A DNA stretch of 64,000 bases from Octopus bimaculoides (GCF_001194135.2 NC_068986.1:24415663-24479662); one strand, 5' to 3'. Counted from the first letter of the stretch, positions 11,586-24,920 are shown. Made by a program: numbers and translations. Notes: generated by a model not told the origin, from the letters alone.

Positions 11586-12706
11586 TAATGCATACATACG
11601 TGCATACATACGTGCATACATAAGCATACACACACATACAGACACAGACACACACACACACACGCACACACATAGTTTACTAATATAGGGGTGACATAAA
11701 AAGTACTCCATCACTCAATGAGAAATGTTTGTATTTATTGACCTTGCAGTATATGTCTGTGTGTGAATGTATAATGCATACGATAGAGCACATAAAAGGG
11801 GGTTGATAAATTCGAGTTCAATCCTCAATCAGTACCCATCTTTATATCGGTTCACAGAGTGTTTCGCAGTTGCATTTTCAGCGTCCATGCGAAAATCGCG
11901 TTGCGTTGGCAAGGATATCCTGATACATATGAACAACATGTTTCAGTATCTCGAGACTCGGGTTACGCTTATTGTATTCCCTAACGTTGATACACACGCA
12001 TACACACACACACATGCACATACAAAGACAGACATACACACATACAGACACATAGACATGCACATGCGCACACACATACATGCGCGTGCGCTTTTCAGTT
12101 TAGTGTTGCCAGCAGATAGTGAGATCTCAGGAGTGTACGCAATTTCTCTACGTCACTTTTCAGAACGACCTTTTATGCCTATTTTATATTCACATATGTA
12201 TATATGCCTTCATCCTCTCTTCCTTCTTTTGAATGTTTCTTATTTGGATTACTGCTTTTTAAACGAAATTTTGTACCAGCAACATGAATGCTTTAGCAGA
12301 CTATAACAATTCGACTCATGTGAAATATAATATGTATCCACGACACATACGTAGAAAGATGCTGGCTTAGTTTTTCATTACCTCAAGTAACTTTAATATC
12401 TTCAACGTATGGAAGGGTTTGCAAACAGGCTCTTGGAAAGTCTGTACTGAAAATATCTCACTTATTCAAGTGTGTAGTAGTCAATTAAATAAAAATCCTT
12501 TTATCGACTTGGAAGCTATCAAAACACTCACTTAGCAGTGGTCGATATAACTGCATGGTTGTCACTAAAATTTCTAATTGGAAACCACTTGAAAGTTAAG
12601 ATCCACTCTCTTCTGCCTTCATAATGGAAGTCTTTAATCTGCTCTCTGTACTATGGACACAGACATGCATTGCAGAAATAGATCGAACAATTATGCAACG
12701 GTAATT

Positions 12707-12737
<31 letters not shown>

Positions 12738-13561
12738 GACTCTTTCCCTGTAGCTTTCCCTCTCCTTCCTCTTTCTCTCCCTCGCTGTCTCTCTCATATT
12801 ACGGNNNNNNNNNNNNNNNNNNNNNNNNNNNNNNNNNNNNNNNNNNNNNNNNNNNNNNNNNNNNNNNNNNNNNNNNNNNNNNNNNNNNNNNNNNNNNNNN
12901 NNNNNNNNNNNNNNNNNNNNNNNNNNNNNNNNNNNNNNNNNNNNNNNNNNNNNNNNNNNNNNNNNNNNNNNNNNNNNNNNNNNNNNNNNNNNNNNNNNNN
13001 NNNNNNNNNNNNNNNNNNNNNNNNNNNNNNNNNNNNNNNNNNNNNNNNNNNNNNNNNNNNNNNNNNNNNNNNNNNNNNNNNNNNNNNNNNNNNNNNNNNN
13101 NNNNNNNNNNNNNNNNNNNNNNNNNNNNNNNNNNNNNNNNNNNNNNNNNNNNNNNNNNNNNNNNNNNNNNNNNNNNNNNNNNNNNNNNNNNNNNNNNNNN
13201 NNNNNNNNNNNNNNNNNNNNNNNNNNNNNNNNNNNNNNNNNNNNNNNNNNNNNNNNNNNNNNNNNNNNNNNNNNNNNNNNNNNNNNNNNNNNNNNNNNNN
13301 NNNNNNNNNNNNNNNNNNNNNNNNNNNNNNNNNNNNNNNNNNNNNNNNNNNNNNNNNNNNNNNNNNNNNNNNNNNNNNNNNNNNNNNNNNNNNNNNNNNN
13401 NNNNNNNNNNNNNNNNNNNNNNNNNNNNNNNNNNNNNNNNNNNNNNNNNNNNNNNNNNNNNNNNNNNNNNNNNNNNNNNNNNNNNNNNNNNNNNNNNNNN
13501 NNNNNNNNNNNNNNNNNNNNNNNNNNNNNNNNNNNNNNNNNNNNNNNNNNNNNNNNNNNNN

Positions 13562-13618
13562 GGGTGCCCCAGCATGGCCGCACTCTCACAACCGAAGCAA
13601 GTAAAAGATAAAAGACAA
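13562..13618 (+). mobile_element. SINE family A 3' tail emerging from a gap
   Basis: gggtgccccagcatggccgca...gaagcaagtaaaagataaaaga matches 37783-37840. Confidence 0.7.
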
Positions 13619-14978
13619 GCGAAGACTGAAATATAAACGACTTATCTGTTATCGAATTTGAAGTGTAAATGTTTAGCGATTTATCTCGATATATTTAAGG
13701 CACCTCTGACATGTTTTAACCAACAAATGATTCTTGCAGCCTGAAAATAAATTATACTTGAGATCTTCCATTTATCAGCCTTCATGTGTATTCATCTTTA
13801 TTTGTCGCATATATAGGCATACCATACCCTGTGCTCTATTAGATTTGTTTATTAAATAGGGGTTACTTCGTTTTTCTTTTAACTTGCCAGAACGACATAT
13901 CATTTGTACTATGATATTATTTCTGGTGTTTATTTAACTACTGCTTTGCCTGTTTCATATTACGCTAGGTTATACCATAGTCAAGATGCTAGCGTTAAAG
14001 TTACGTGTACTGCGTATTTAGAAATACATACGATCCCCAATTGGATGCCTATTTATACATGTACTTGTGAGTGTGTGTTTACGTGTGTGTCTGTATGCCT
14101 GTGTGTGAGCATGTGTATATTTGTGTGAGAGAGAGAGCAAGTGTGTGTGAGTGTGTATATGTGTGTGCATATGGCAGAGAGTGACAGAGAGGGCGGGGGG
14201 GAGAGAGAATGAGAGATACTGAGAAAGAATTGTGTGAAAGTACTGAGATTGTAGACTTGTAAACTTGTGAATTCGGAAGCGTATTTCNNNNNNNNNNNNN
14301 NNNNNNNNNNNNNNNNNNNNNNNNNNNNNNNNNNNNNNNNNNNNNNNNNNNNNNNNNNNNNNNNNNNNNNNNNNNNNNNNNNNNNNNNNNNNNNNNNNNN
14401 NNNNNNNNNNNNNNNNNNNNNNNNNNNNNNNNNNNNNNNNNNNNNNNNNNNNNNNNNNNNNNNNNNNNNNNNNNNNNNNNNNNNNNNNNNNNNNNNNNNN
14501 NNNNNNNNNNNNNNNNNNNNNNNNNNNNNNNNNNNNNNNNNNNNNNNNNNNNNNNNNNNNNNNNNNNNNNNNNNNNNNNNNNNNNNNNNNNNNNNNNNNN
14601 NNNNNNNNNNNNNNNNNNNNNNNNNNNNNNNNNNNNNNNNNNNNNNNNNNNNNNNNNNNNNNNNNNNNNNNNNNNNNNNNNNNNNNNNNNNNNNNNNNNN
14701 NNNNNNNNNNNNNNNNNNNNNNNNNNNNNNNNNNNNNNNNNNNNNNNNNNNNNNNNNNNNNNNNNNNNNNNNNNNNNNNNNNNNNNNNNNNNNNNNNNNN
14801 NNNNNNNNNNNNNNNNNNNNNNNNNNNNNNNNNNNNNNNNNNNNNNNNNNNNNNNNNNNNNNNNNNNNNNNNNNNNNNNNNNNNNNNNNNNNNNNNNNNN
14901 NNNNNNNNNNNNNNNNNNNNNNNNNNNNNNNNNNNNNNNNNNNNNNNNNNNNNNNNNNNNNNNNNNNNNNNNNNNNNN

Positions 14979-15027
<49 letters not shown>

Positions 15028-16848
15028 ACAACACATACACACACAAATGTGTGAATTTATGTACGCATACGCGTGGTTAAACACAAGAAGGGAACAGCTA
15101 ATCGACAAACATTGCCACCTAGATCTCACAAAGATCTCCTTATGGACGTCCCTGCCAATATCAATAAAACCGCTCGTGGCGATAACGGGGACTTTTATCT
15201 GAAACTGTCACGAAGAACTTGAGCGTTGCTACTCCTTTTGAAGATGATAATGTTTGAAGCATATAGCATTGCCAACACTTACATCAGCACCTCTACAACA
15301 ACACACACAATCACCACCTTGCGATTATCACCATCATGCTATTCTTTGCTACTAGTAATATTAATGCAACCGTGAAAATATCTAGATACCTTTAGCACTG
15401 TGACAAGCATGTATATTCAGCATATTTATCTCTAACAATGCAGTACAGCTACAGTCATCTTAATGTACGTAGCTATGTATATACATACATACAGATATAT
15501 ATGCACATATATATATATATATGTGCATGTGTGTGTACACAGAGTGAGAGGGAGAAAGAGAGAGATTTATATATGTATAAGGAACCCTAGCTACATTCAC
15601 ACGTACATACATATGTAAATTTAGGCGTAGTAAAATTTGGGCGTATCCTTTATGCATTATTCGATACGAATAAACCGACCAACCAGACATTGACACTGAC
15701 ATTAATGTTATGGATTTGTACTTCCATAAAATGTTATCCATAGGTGCAGGAAATCTAATGATATATTTTTTGTATAGTGAGTTACAATGTACAACCAGAA
15801 GAGGAAAACAGAAAAACAAGATGAGCGTAAAATGATTTTAGTAGCAGTTACAATTATTTCGGTGATATCAGTATAAAATGTGATGAATACCAGATACAGT
15901 TATTTCTGTGGTATTCCGCTTAAAACCGCATCTGTATAATTTTGTGTGTATAAATTTACATATGATTACTCGGGCGCATGCATACATATGTATGTTCAAG
16001 CGCATGGATACATATCTATGCGATTTATTGAATCACGTTTGTATTTCGACATATTCTTTTTCATATAAATGAATACATATTTATTTCATTTGTGTAATCT
16101 GACGTGGCGTAGAGTAGACATGTTATTGATAATGTTGCGAATGGTGACAAAAAGTTCTTAGACAAACATGATTGAGTGAATTATTAGCTCAATGTTAATT
16201 CAAAGAACCCAATTGTTAAGTAGTTCAAAGTTAACAAATTGACAAATAATGACGACTTGAAATAGAACGACTAGGTGTGTTAATTATTAGCATAATGACC
16301 CTCCTAGATAAAATAAATTATATAATTAAATAAGCTAATTTACATACGACCTCAATTACATATTTAACCTCAATTATATGTTATCTCAGTTATATATTTA
16401 GGCATTGACCTTTAACACGTTATTTATTCTGTGTACAACGTCCACTGACAAACTCTCACTTCATCAGCTATTGATTGAAGTTTTCAAGGACTCCGGGGCA
16501 TCCAAAAGCACTGTGCTACCAACGTGCATCGAAGACCACTGATTCCTATTAGGAAACACACATGTTCTTTTGGCCCATATTATAGCATTTCTGTGAAGGT
16601 GTGTTACTTAGTAATTCATGTGTTGCCTTCAAGATCGCAAGATCGGATAGAACGTTGAGACCTTGAACAAAATACCGCCTTTCAACTTGTCCCACTTACA
16701 TACATGCATGCACAACACATGCACGCCCACACACACACGCTGACAGAAACAAACACACACATGCACGTACACACGCGCTCACACAAACAAACACACACAT
16801 GCACGCACGCACACACACTCACACAAACAAACACACACACTCGCGCAA

Positions 16849-16859
<11 letters not shown>

Positions 16860-16879
<20 letters not shown>

Positions 16880-17001
16880 CCAAATGCACTCATAAAGCTT
16901 TGGTCAGTCCCTGACTATAATAAAAGGTACCACGCAGTGCAACTAATTCCGGTTACCTGTAGTTTGGAAGCAAGCTTCTTATATCACAGTCACTCCTGCG
17001 C
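16860..17001 (-). mobile_element. SINE family A, degraded 5' half
   Basis: ccaaatgcactcataaagctttggtcag...gtaccacgcagtg...agcaagcttctt...cacagtcactcctgcgc matches 54000-54130. Confidence 0.65.
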
Positions 17002-17003
17002 TT

Positions 17004-17052
<49 letters not shown>

Positions 17053-17057
<5 letters not shown>

Positions 17058-17230
17058 CAGGGAGAATTCACCAAAAAAAAGACGAAGACAGGTGGTGTAG
17101 ACTACAAACAGATGTATTAGTTTAACGGTCGGGAAGTCAAGAAGTTTTTAACGTTTCGAGCCTACGCTCTTCCACAGAAAGGAACACAGAAAGAAACAAG
17201 GGGGGAAAATAAAGAACAGAAAATAAAGAA
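17053..17230 (-). mobile_element. Short dispersed repeat with hammerhead-like motif, copy 2 (best preserved), ending at (TA)n
   Basis: Minus strand reads CTTT-CTGTGGA-A-GAGC-GTAG-GCTC-GAAA-CG-TT-AAAAAC. The next 100 nt align closely with 50740-50830. Confidence 0.8.
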
Positions 17231-17884
17231 TAAGTACTGCCTAGCGATCTATCATGACGAATCTATATATATTATTCACCTTATTCAGATCAAATTATTA
17301 GCGTGGATCCAGTGACTATTAAGAGCAGTAAAATTGGTACAGTATTTGTGTCTAACTACAGCCTTGAAACTCATAATTTACTTAGATGCCTCTTTTATCC
17401 CCTACCCGACTCTCCCGTTCCAGACTGATTTTGGTCGATTTTGTTGGCACTAAGAACGATGAATATTTTGACGCTACGCACTTAGAAAATTATAGAAAAA
17501 CCTATTCTTTAAAGAAAGTGAAAAAGAATTTGTAAATATTTTCAGACAAAAAGGTTTGTGTTTTAAGAAAGGTAAAAGGTTTAAAATTTGAAAATCTAGA
17601 AGCGACATGAAGAAACCCTTGTTTTACTAAATATATTTGTATAATTATATTTAAAAAAATACGCAACACACATCGATACCCCTTGATTTTCACTGTTTGA
17701 GAAGCACTTCCTTAATCATGCTTCGAATATGGTCTTATGATTGATTTTCAGTAAAGTTATTGAAGATATTAGCAATAAATTTGACAGTATCAGCTTTACG
17801 AAATTTCATTCTCCCTTAGAAAATCATGAGAATTTTGATTCTGTAAGAAATCAATAACGGCGTCAGATTTTGAAGTTAGTGTAA

Positions 17885-18200
17885 AAGAATTGGTAGAGCG
17901 TCGAACAAAATACATTGCAGGATGTAATTAAAAGCATTTTATGCTTCGGTTCAGATCCCACTGAAGTCAACGTCAAATTCTGTCTTGGCTAACATTCATC
18001 TTGTTGAGAATTTCAAACTAAAGCCTAAAGTATAATGGCATCGATTTTTTAAACGTTTTTAAAGCATCAAAGAAAATATCTGCAGTATTGTGCCAGAGTC
18101 CTTTAGGATCTGTGTTCATATTTGGCTGAGGTGAACTTTAGCCTTTCCTTTTCTGATCAATAATATAAAGTACCAATCAAGTACTAGGGTTGATTTGATA
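17885..18200 (+). mobile_element. Two degraded SINE family B fragments (about 17885-17975 and 18095-18200)
   Basis: ggttcagatcccactgaagtcaac and gctgaggtgaactttagcctttcc...aagtaccaatc resemble the family B box-B/body segment at 24075-24145. Confidence 0.4.
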
Positions 18201-18759
18201 TTTCAAGAAATCATCTTAGATGACTATGGAGATAAGAGAAGATCAAGAAAAGATATCCACTCGATACTTTTGTGGATTATGCCCATGGTAGTAATTAGCA
18301 ATGGTCGAGATTCAGATGAGCAGCATAAGAATATGTGGAAAAAACAATTTTTGGTAAATCTAGATTGAGATAATTCCCATTCTTTGGTTTTCGGATGAGT
18401 TCTCTTTCATTAATAATCTCCACTGGAAAAGTTCAAAATCTACCAATTTGTATGTTCCCAATAATAAAAGATCGAATACTTTTTGCATCATAAAACAAAA
18501 ATGCATAATGGCATCGTTAATATTTATTAGTGGAATAGTTAAATTGGTACTGAAGTTGGCAGAGATTACATCGCGGATATTGATGCTGTGTATGGACGAT
18601 TACTCTTATTGTCGCTGCTTTAGTTGTCGGTGCTACTCTTTTGCTGTTATTGATGTTTAACTCCAGGCGATTGAACAGCGTTCTGAACACTGACCGCCAT
18701 AACGAATATTCTCTAGTCATAGTATATCTTACACATTCACATGTTGTTTTTTTTTAAAA

Positions 18760-18940
18760 CTGGTACTTAGTCGATTACAAAGACGAGTATTCCAGCTGAG
18801 CCGATCAACGGAACAGCCTGCTCGTGAAATTGAAGTGCAAATGGCTGAGCACTTCACAGACATATTTAAGGACAGAACGTGCGAAATCCCGACCCTAGGA
18901 TCGTAAGCTGAATATCCTAACCGTTAAGTCACTTACCTTC
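18760..18940 (-). mobile_element. SINE family C, internally deleted (tRNA-like head fused to 3' tail)
   Basis: The reverse complement tgtctgtgaagtgctcagcca...aatttcacgagcaggctgttccgttgatcgg...ctggaa matches 32784-32860, preceded by a diverged tRNA-like head. Confidence 0.75.
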
Positions 18941-20840
18941 ACATGTGCATAGATATAGGGTGATGCCCATAACATCACTGATGTCATCGTTCACAGATGT
19001 TTACTAGCCATGTGAGAAAAGATGTGGTACATATGACTCACTCCCTCAGTCGAAATTGCCTTACTTCAAATTAATGTTGAGGTCAAGTAATTTAGAGATG
19101 AGCTCCGATGACCAGATTTCCTATAATGTTGTGCTGCGCTCTTAGCATTTCACAACGCTAAATAAAAGTATTTATTCTTTTAGCTATTAAAATGACTGTG
19201 GTTCGTGTCAGCTCAATCGGCTAATTTCAGTCTTCTTATAGTATGGCAGATCCACCTAAGCTCATTGATTCTTAATAATGTACATTTGACGACCTTTTCG
19301 AATGTCTTCCATGTTTTTAGAAAAACGATAAATTTTGACTTTTAGGAGACTTTCCTGCATGTTGTGTAAATTTCGTAAATGGAATTATTATTGGAGGTGA
19401 ATGTTAGTCTTAGTAATGGCGTTGATTATGATAAACTAGACAATGAAAATATTAACTGCTGTGTTAGCTAAAACATTTTGTTACGATGGTATTAGTTAAA
19501 GCCGAAGTTGTGAAAATGTTACTATTAAATTTTGTGTTGACAGTAGACTTTTACTGTACCTAAATATTTAAAAAGTGTAAAAATATTGAAACATGCTGAA
19601 TTATTGAGAAATAAACAATGTAGGAACACACTACACTAAAGTATTTCGTTAATTTTAACGGTGATACTCATCTTCCTTTTAACTATTATCTGAATGAATT
19701 GCAGCATGGCCGACTTTGCAGTTTAGTCTTAAATTGGCATCGAACAAGTAGATTGCTTTTCATAGACATTGAAGCTATTTCGATCTCATTTAATTTTCCA
19801 TGATAGTTTAAACAGGACACGTCATTTGAGAGTGATTTACACGCTATATATATTTACACGTTATATATATATANNNNNNNNNNNNNNNNNNNNNNNNNNN
19901 NNNNNNNNNNNNNNNNNNNNNNNNNNNNNNNNNNNNNNNNNNNNNNNNNNNNNNNNNNNNNNNNNNNNNNNNNNNNNNNNNNNNNNNNNNNNNNNNNNNN
20001 NNNNNNNNNNNNNNNNNNNNNNNNNNNNNNNNNNNNNNNNNNNNNNNNNNNNNNNNNNNNNNNNNNNNNNNNNNNNNNNNNNNNNNNNNNNNNNNNNNNN
20101 NNNNNNNNNNNNNNNNNNNNNNNNNNNNNNNNNNNNNNNNNNNNNNNNNNNNNNNNNNNNNNNNNNNNNNNNNNNNNNNNNNNNNNNNNNNNNNNNNNNN
20201 NNNNNNNNNNNNNNNNNNNNNNNNNNNNNNNNNNNNNNNNNNNNNNNNNNNNNNNNNNNNNNNNNNNNNNNNNNNNNNNNNNNNNTGTAACTTCCCTTCA
20301 TAAGTGCGTTGGCTATTGCTGTACACGAATTTATACAAGGGTTATGGTTGAATACAGCGCAGAGATACATTAATATTTACTAGCATAATGATATCATAGT
20401 GTATTAATAACGTAGGAGTCCTAATGAAATTTATGTAACGTTTCTATATTATTTATTCCTCAACAATTCAGTGTGTTTCAATATTTTTACACGCATTAAA
20501 TATTTAGGTACAAAATTGACCGTTCTTAAAACATTTTCATGAGGTGGAGAAGACACTGGAAACTTCTAATTCCTCTGTACGTAAACACTATGAACATTTT
20601 CTTGAACCTGAAATGTTTACGGAAGAAGAAAAAGGATGAAAACATTCCATGAACGTCTTCTGGTTTTTAATTTCATCTTAGATTTGCCGTAATGACTCTT
20701 AGTAATGTAACTTATCAACAAATTTACGGACTAGCTCATGCTAGTTAAAAAGGCTAAAATAGTGTTATATATGACAATTACTAGAAATTGTAGGACCTTC
20801 AGTGTATACAAATGAAAGCAGAATTTTATATATATTTTAT

Positions 20841-21217
20841 CTTTACCTGTTTTAGTGATTTGACTGCGGCCATGCTGGGGCATTGCCTTGGAGGTTTTAA
20901 GCTGAACAAATCGACTCCAGACCTTTTTTTAAAGCCTGGTACTTATTTTATCGGGTTCTGTTTGCCGAACTACTAAGTTACAGGTAAATAAACATATCGA
21001 CTCTGGTTGTCAAGCAGTGGTGCGGTACATGAAGGTACACACAAATAGATATATACATATAGATAGAGAGAGAGAGAGACTCCACCTAGTTCACTTACAA
21101 GTCTCTGGAGGACCCGAGGCTATTCTAGAAAACACTTAACCAATGTGCCAAGAAGTGGGACTGAACCCGAAACCATGTGGTTGGTAAGCAAGCGGCTTAC
21201 CACGCAGCTACGCCTGC
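20841..21217 (-). mobile_element. SINE family A, near full length, with a short internal (TA)/(GA) tract
   Basis: Both the 3' end (tttgactgcggccatgctgg) and the head (gtgggactgaacccgaaaccatgtggttggtaagcaagc...ttaccacgcagc) are present. Confidence 0.85.
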
Positions 21218-21443
21218 TGATGATATATTGGTATATTCAGGTATAGTGATGCAAACAGGAAAATGAAAGCTCAAAATATGAGAACCGGCATATTTTTATT
21301 AATATTTGGCAGAAGCAACAGAGTGACTCAAGGGCCGAAAGCTTCGTGCGTTGAGACTTATCCGTGTACTCTCTACATGATAACACTTCCAATCAATTCA
21401 GATCAGAAGCCATGAGAGCCACTGCCTGGTATTGCATCCGGGC

Positions 21444-21446
<3 letters not shown>

Positions 21447-21503
<57 letters not shown>

Positions 21504-21537
21504 TACTACTATTATTATTATTATTATTATTATTTTA

Positions 21538-21570
<33 letters not shown>

Positions 21571-21600
21571 ATAATAATAATAATATTATTATTATCATTA
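21447..21600. repeat. (ATT)n microsatellite with a short inverted (AAT)n segment
   Basis: Direct reading. Confidence 0.95.
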
Positions 21601-21939
21601 TTCCTTCTGTGCCTGTTGATTTTTCGCATATATAGCGGTTGTTATGGTGATGCATGTACTGTTATTGTAAACTATTCACGTAGTACATTATTTAGCATGC
21701 TTGCCTATGTAACTCGATAGGCAAGGTCATATTTTGACGAACGAGTCAGCAACTCTGTACAGTGCTCAATAGTACACTTATCAATCAATTAGATGGGCAT
21801 GGACGTACTCTTTAGCAAGAATATTTATCATAATTATCATTTCTATCATCTCTCCATCACCGACGGTAAATAAATGATAAAGCAAATACTGAATTTTTTT
21901 TTTTTTTGACAATATATATGATGCCACTAACAATAATAA

Positions 21940-22341
21940 AAATCATCATCATCGTCATCGTCATCATCATCTTCATGATCATGATAATCATCACCATCCT
22001 CCTCCTCATCATCATCATCACAATCGTCACGGTCATCATCATTATCATCATCATCAACTTTAACATCATCAGCATCATCGTGATCATCGCCACTGTCCTC
22101 TTCCTCCTCCTTCTCCTCCTCCTCCTCATCATCATCCTCATCATCATCCTTAACACCATCACAATCGTCACAGTCATCATCATCAGCATAATCACCATCA
22201 TCATCATCATCATCATTAACGCAATCATTACTATTAATAATATTTGTTGTTATAGTTATCACTACGTACCACTGCCTCTAATACATCTATTATTACTACC
22301 ATTACAGCAATTTCTACCAATACCACGACTACCACCACAAT

Positions 22342-22391
<50 letters not shown>

Positions 22392-22400
22392 TTACTACTA
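21940..22400. repeat. Cryptic (CAT)/(CCT) trinucleotide region followed by (TAC)n
   Basis: Direct reading; ORFs in several frames are homopolymeric. Confidence 0.9.
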
Positions 22401-22835
22401 CATCCGGGTAATAAAAGAATTCTGTTGAATTTTTTTTTCTATGTTCATTTTTCTGATATCCTTTTTCTTTTCCAATTCCTAATATCAAACTGACATGTTA
22501 GTGAGATATCATTACAGCCATGCACTAAATTGTAGCTCCAATAAACAAGACACTCTGGTGCAGACAGATTTCTAGACTCGATTTCATTGATATTTTGCAT
22601 CGTATTGACAAAAGTCTAGTGTTACTGGCATGTTATTTTAATGTTATCTATCGATATGCAATGTTAAGACAAATACAAATAGTGAGATTGATACACACTT
22701 ACGCATCTACATACATGCATACATGCACACATTACATGGTTACATGTATACATCATCCATACAAGTACAAACATATATACATACATACATAAATACATAA
22801 ATACATACATATAGGTATACGTACATATGCATGAG

Positions 22836-22894
<59 letters not shown>

Positions 22895-23864
22895 NNNNNN
22901 NNNNNNNNNNNNNNNNNNNNNNNNNNNNNNNNNNNNNNNNNNNNNNNNNNNNNNNNNNNNNNNNNNNNNNNNNNNNNNNNNNNNNNNNNNNNNNNNNNNN
23001 NNNNNNNNNNNNNNNNNNNNNNNNNNNNNNNNNNNNNNNNNNNNNNNNNNNNNNNNNNNNNNNNNNNNNNNNNNNNNNNNNNNNNNNNNNNNNNNNNNNN
23101 NNNNNNNNNNNNNNNNNNNNNNNNNNNNNNNNNNNNNNNNNNNNNNNNNNNNNNNNNNNNNNNNNNNNNNNNNNNNNNNNNNNNNNNNNNNNNNNNNNNN
23201 NNNNNNNNNNNNNTATACATCATCCATACAAGTACAAACATATATACATACATACATAAATACATAAATACATACATATAGGTATACGTACATATGCATG
23301 AGTATGTATATATATATACGCATACAGCTTTACGTAAAATCGTATATGAATAGACGCCTACAGGCTAATACACTAAAATAGACAATTTATAAATGAATGA
23401 TGTTTATATTTTTTGTTTCTAATTTTATCGTTACACAAGTTGGTCTCCGGCCATGAAACAAGAATCGTTAACAATACACACAAATAGTATCATGCGCTGT
23501 ACTTTAAGAAATGTTGAATAATGGTGTTCTAACGTTCATATATAAAGAACGTATAAATGTGTACATATGTGTGTTATACATGTGTATACGTGTTTTGTTT
23601 CGATTGAATTTCTAGGATGTTTCCGAAGGTTTTGAAGAGTTCCGTTCATTTACTGAATACGAAGAGTGTAAATTACATACGTTCCATAACTGGCTTTTTT
23701 TGAAGCTGAAGTTTTAGACTTTTAATCACGAAGCTACGTGCACCACAAATTGCTTTTGAAAATGTATAATCCAGTTTAGCACGTCTAAATTCCTCGTTAG
23801 TTGTCGATTATTGTTTATAAACGTCTTCGTTTTTATTTATGTCCAAAGTAATATACACTTAAGC

Positions 23865-24300
23865 TAAGGCGGTGAGAAACGTTAGCATTCATCCTTTCAG
23901 AGTAAGTACCAGTTGCGTACTAGAGTAGATCTTATCAATTGCCCCACTTCCCAAAAATTTCGGGCTTTGTTCCTAGAGAAGAAGATAATATCTTTATGAT
24001 TGTAAGGTGGTGAGTTGGCAGAGACGTTAGCACGCCGGGCGAAATGCTTTGCGGTATTTTGTCTGTCTTTACGTTATGAGTTCAAATTCCGCCGAGGTCG
24101 ACTTTGCCATTCATCCTTTCGAGGTCAATAAATTAAGTACCAGTTGGCCCCCTTCCGAAAAATTTCGGGCCTTGTGCCTAGAGTAGAAAATAATATGTTA
24201 ATGATTGTCAGGCGGTGAGCCTGAATAGAACAGAACACTTACTTAAGCTGGATAACTTACCTTCTCATCGTTGTTTGTTCTGTCTTCACTGTCCGAGGGA
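23865..24300 (+). mobile_element. Head-to-tail array of SINE family B units (23865-23985, 24003-24190, degraded third from 24208)
   Basis: Three ggc/tggtgag starts. The middle unit has ggcagagacgttagcacgccgggcgaaatgc...gagttcaaattccgccgaggtcgactttgcc (box A/box B-like). Confidence 0.85.
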
Positions 24301-24421
24301 ATGTCTTTCAGCTTCCTTATATTTATATCTTACTGGCATTACAATTACTACATTCCACCGCGTGGACTTCGTATATTCTGTACGTATGCATTTCGTAACA
24401 TTGTACGTTTGTATTCTTTAT

Positions 24422-24570
24422 CTTTTCTCTTTTACTAATTTCAGTCGTTGATCTACGACCATTCTTGAGCATCGCTTTGAAAGGATATAGTTAAACAAAT
24501 CGACCTAAGTATTTAAATTTTTTTAGGCCTGCTACTTATTATCCCGTTTTGTTTTGCCGAACCTCGAAGT
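24422..24570 (-). mobile_element. SINE family A, degraded 3' part
   Basis: tttcagtcgttgatctacgaccattcttgagcatcgc...aaacaaatcgacc...tttgccgaacc matches 6815-6930. Confidence 0.65.
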
Positions 24571-24809
24571 GTTTCGAAATCTGTCGGACGGGTGATATTC
24601 ATCCACTGAATGCTAATGTATTTGAGGTAACCAGGTTCGATTCTGCAGCATGGCGTCTTAAACAAAGACTTAGTACGCACGTTATGTGCTTGAAACTAAA
24701 GTGACGAAAACTGAGTAAGTTTCCGTGGACTGGATTTTATATGTAATTTATCGGATTATAGGATTAATCTTATCTCACCCTCTGAGTGACGCCGATTCTG
24801 CTAGAGGTT

Positions 24810-24920
24810 TGCGTAAAGGGTACACTTGTCTGTGGAATATTCAGCAACATTCGGGCTAATTTAAAGAGTAGGTCATTCAATTGACTGAACTGATGATTCC
24901 TAATTGTTGATATCGACAGA
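24810..24920 (+). mobile_element. SINE family C 3' tail, degraded
   Basis: aagggtacacttgtctgtggaatattcagc matches aagggtacacgtgtctgtggagtgctcagc at 32774-32803. Confidence 0.55.

Noticed and set aside
21325-21446. CAAGGGCCGAAAGCTT motif beside (ATT)n, a possible hammerhead or repeat end
   Set aside because: No CUGANGA core, and no second copy in the window to support a family.
22747-23317. Identical ~100-bp sequence on both sides of the 22895-23213 gap
   Set aside because: Exact duplication across a gap ending in (TA)n is typical of an unmerged contig overlap, so it is most likely an assembly artefact.
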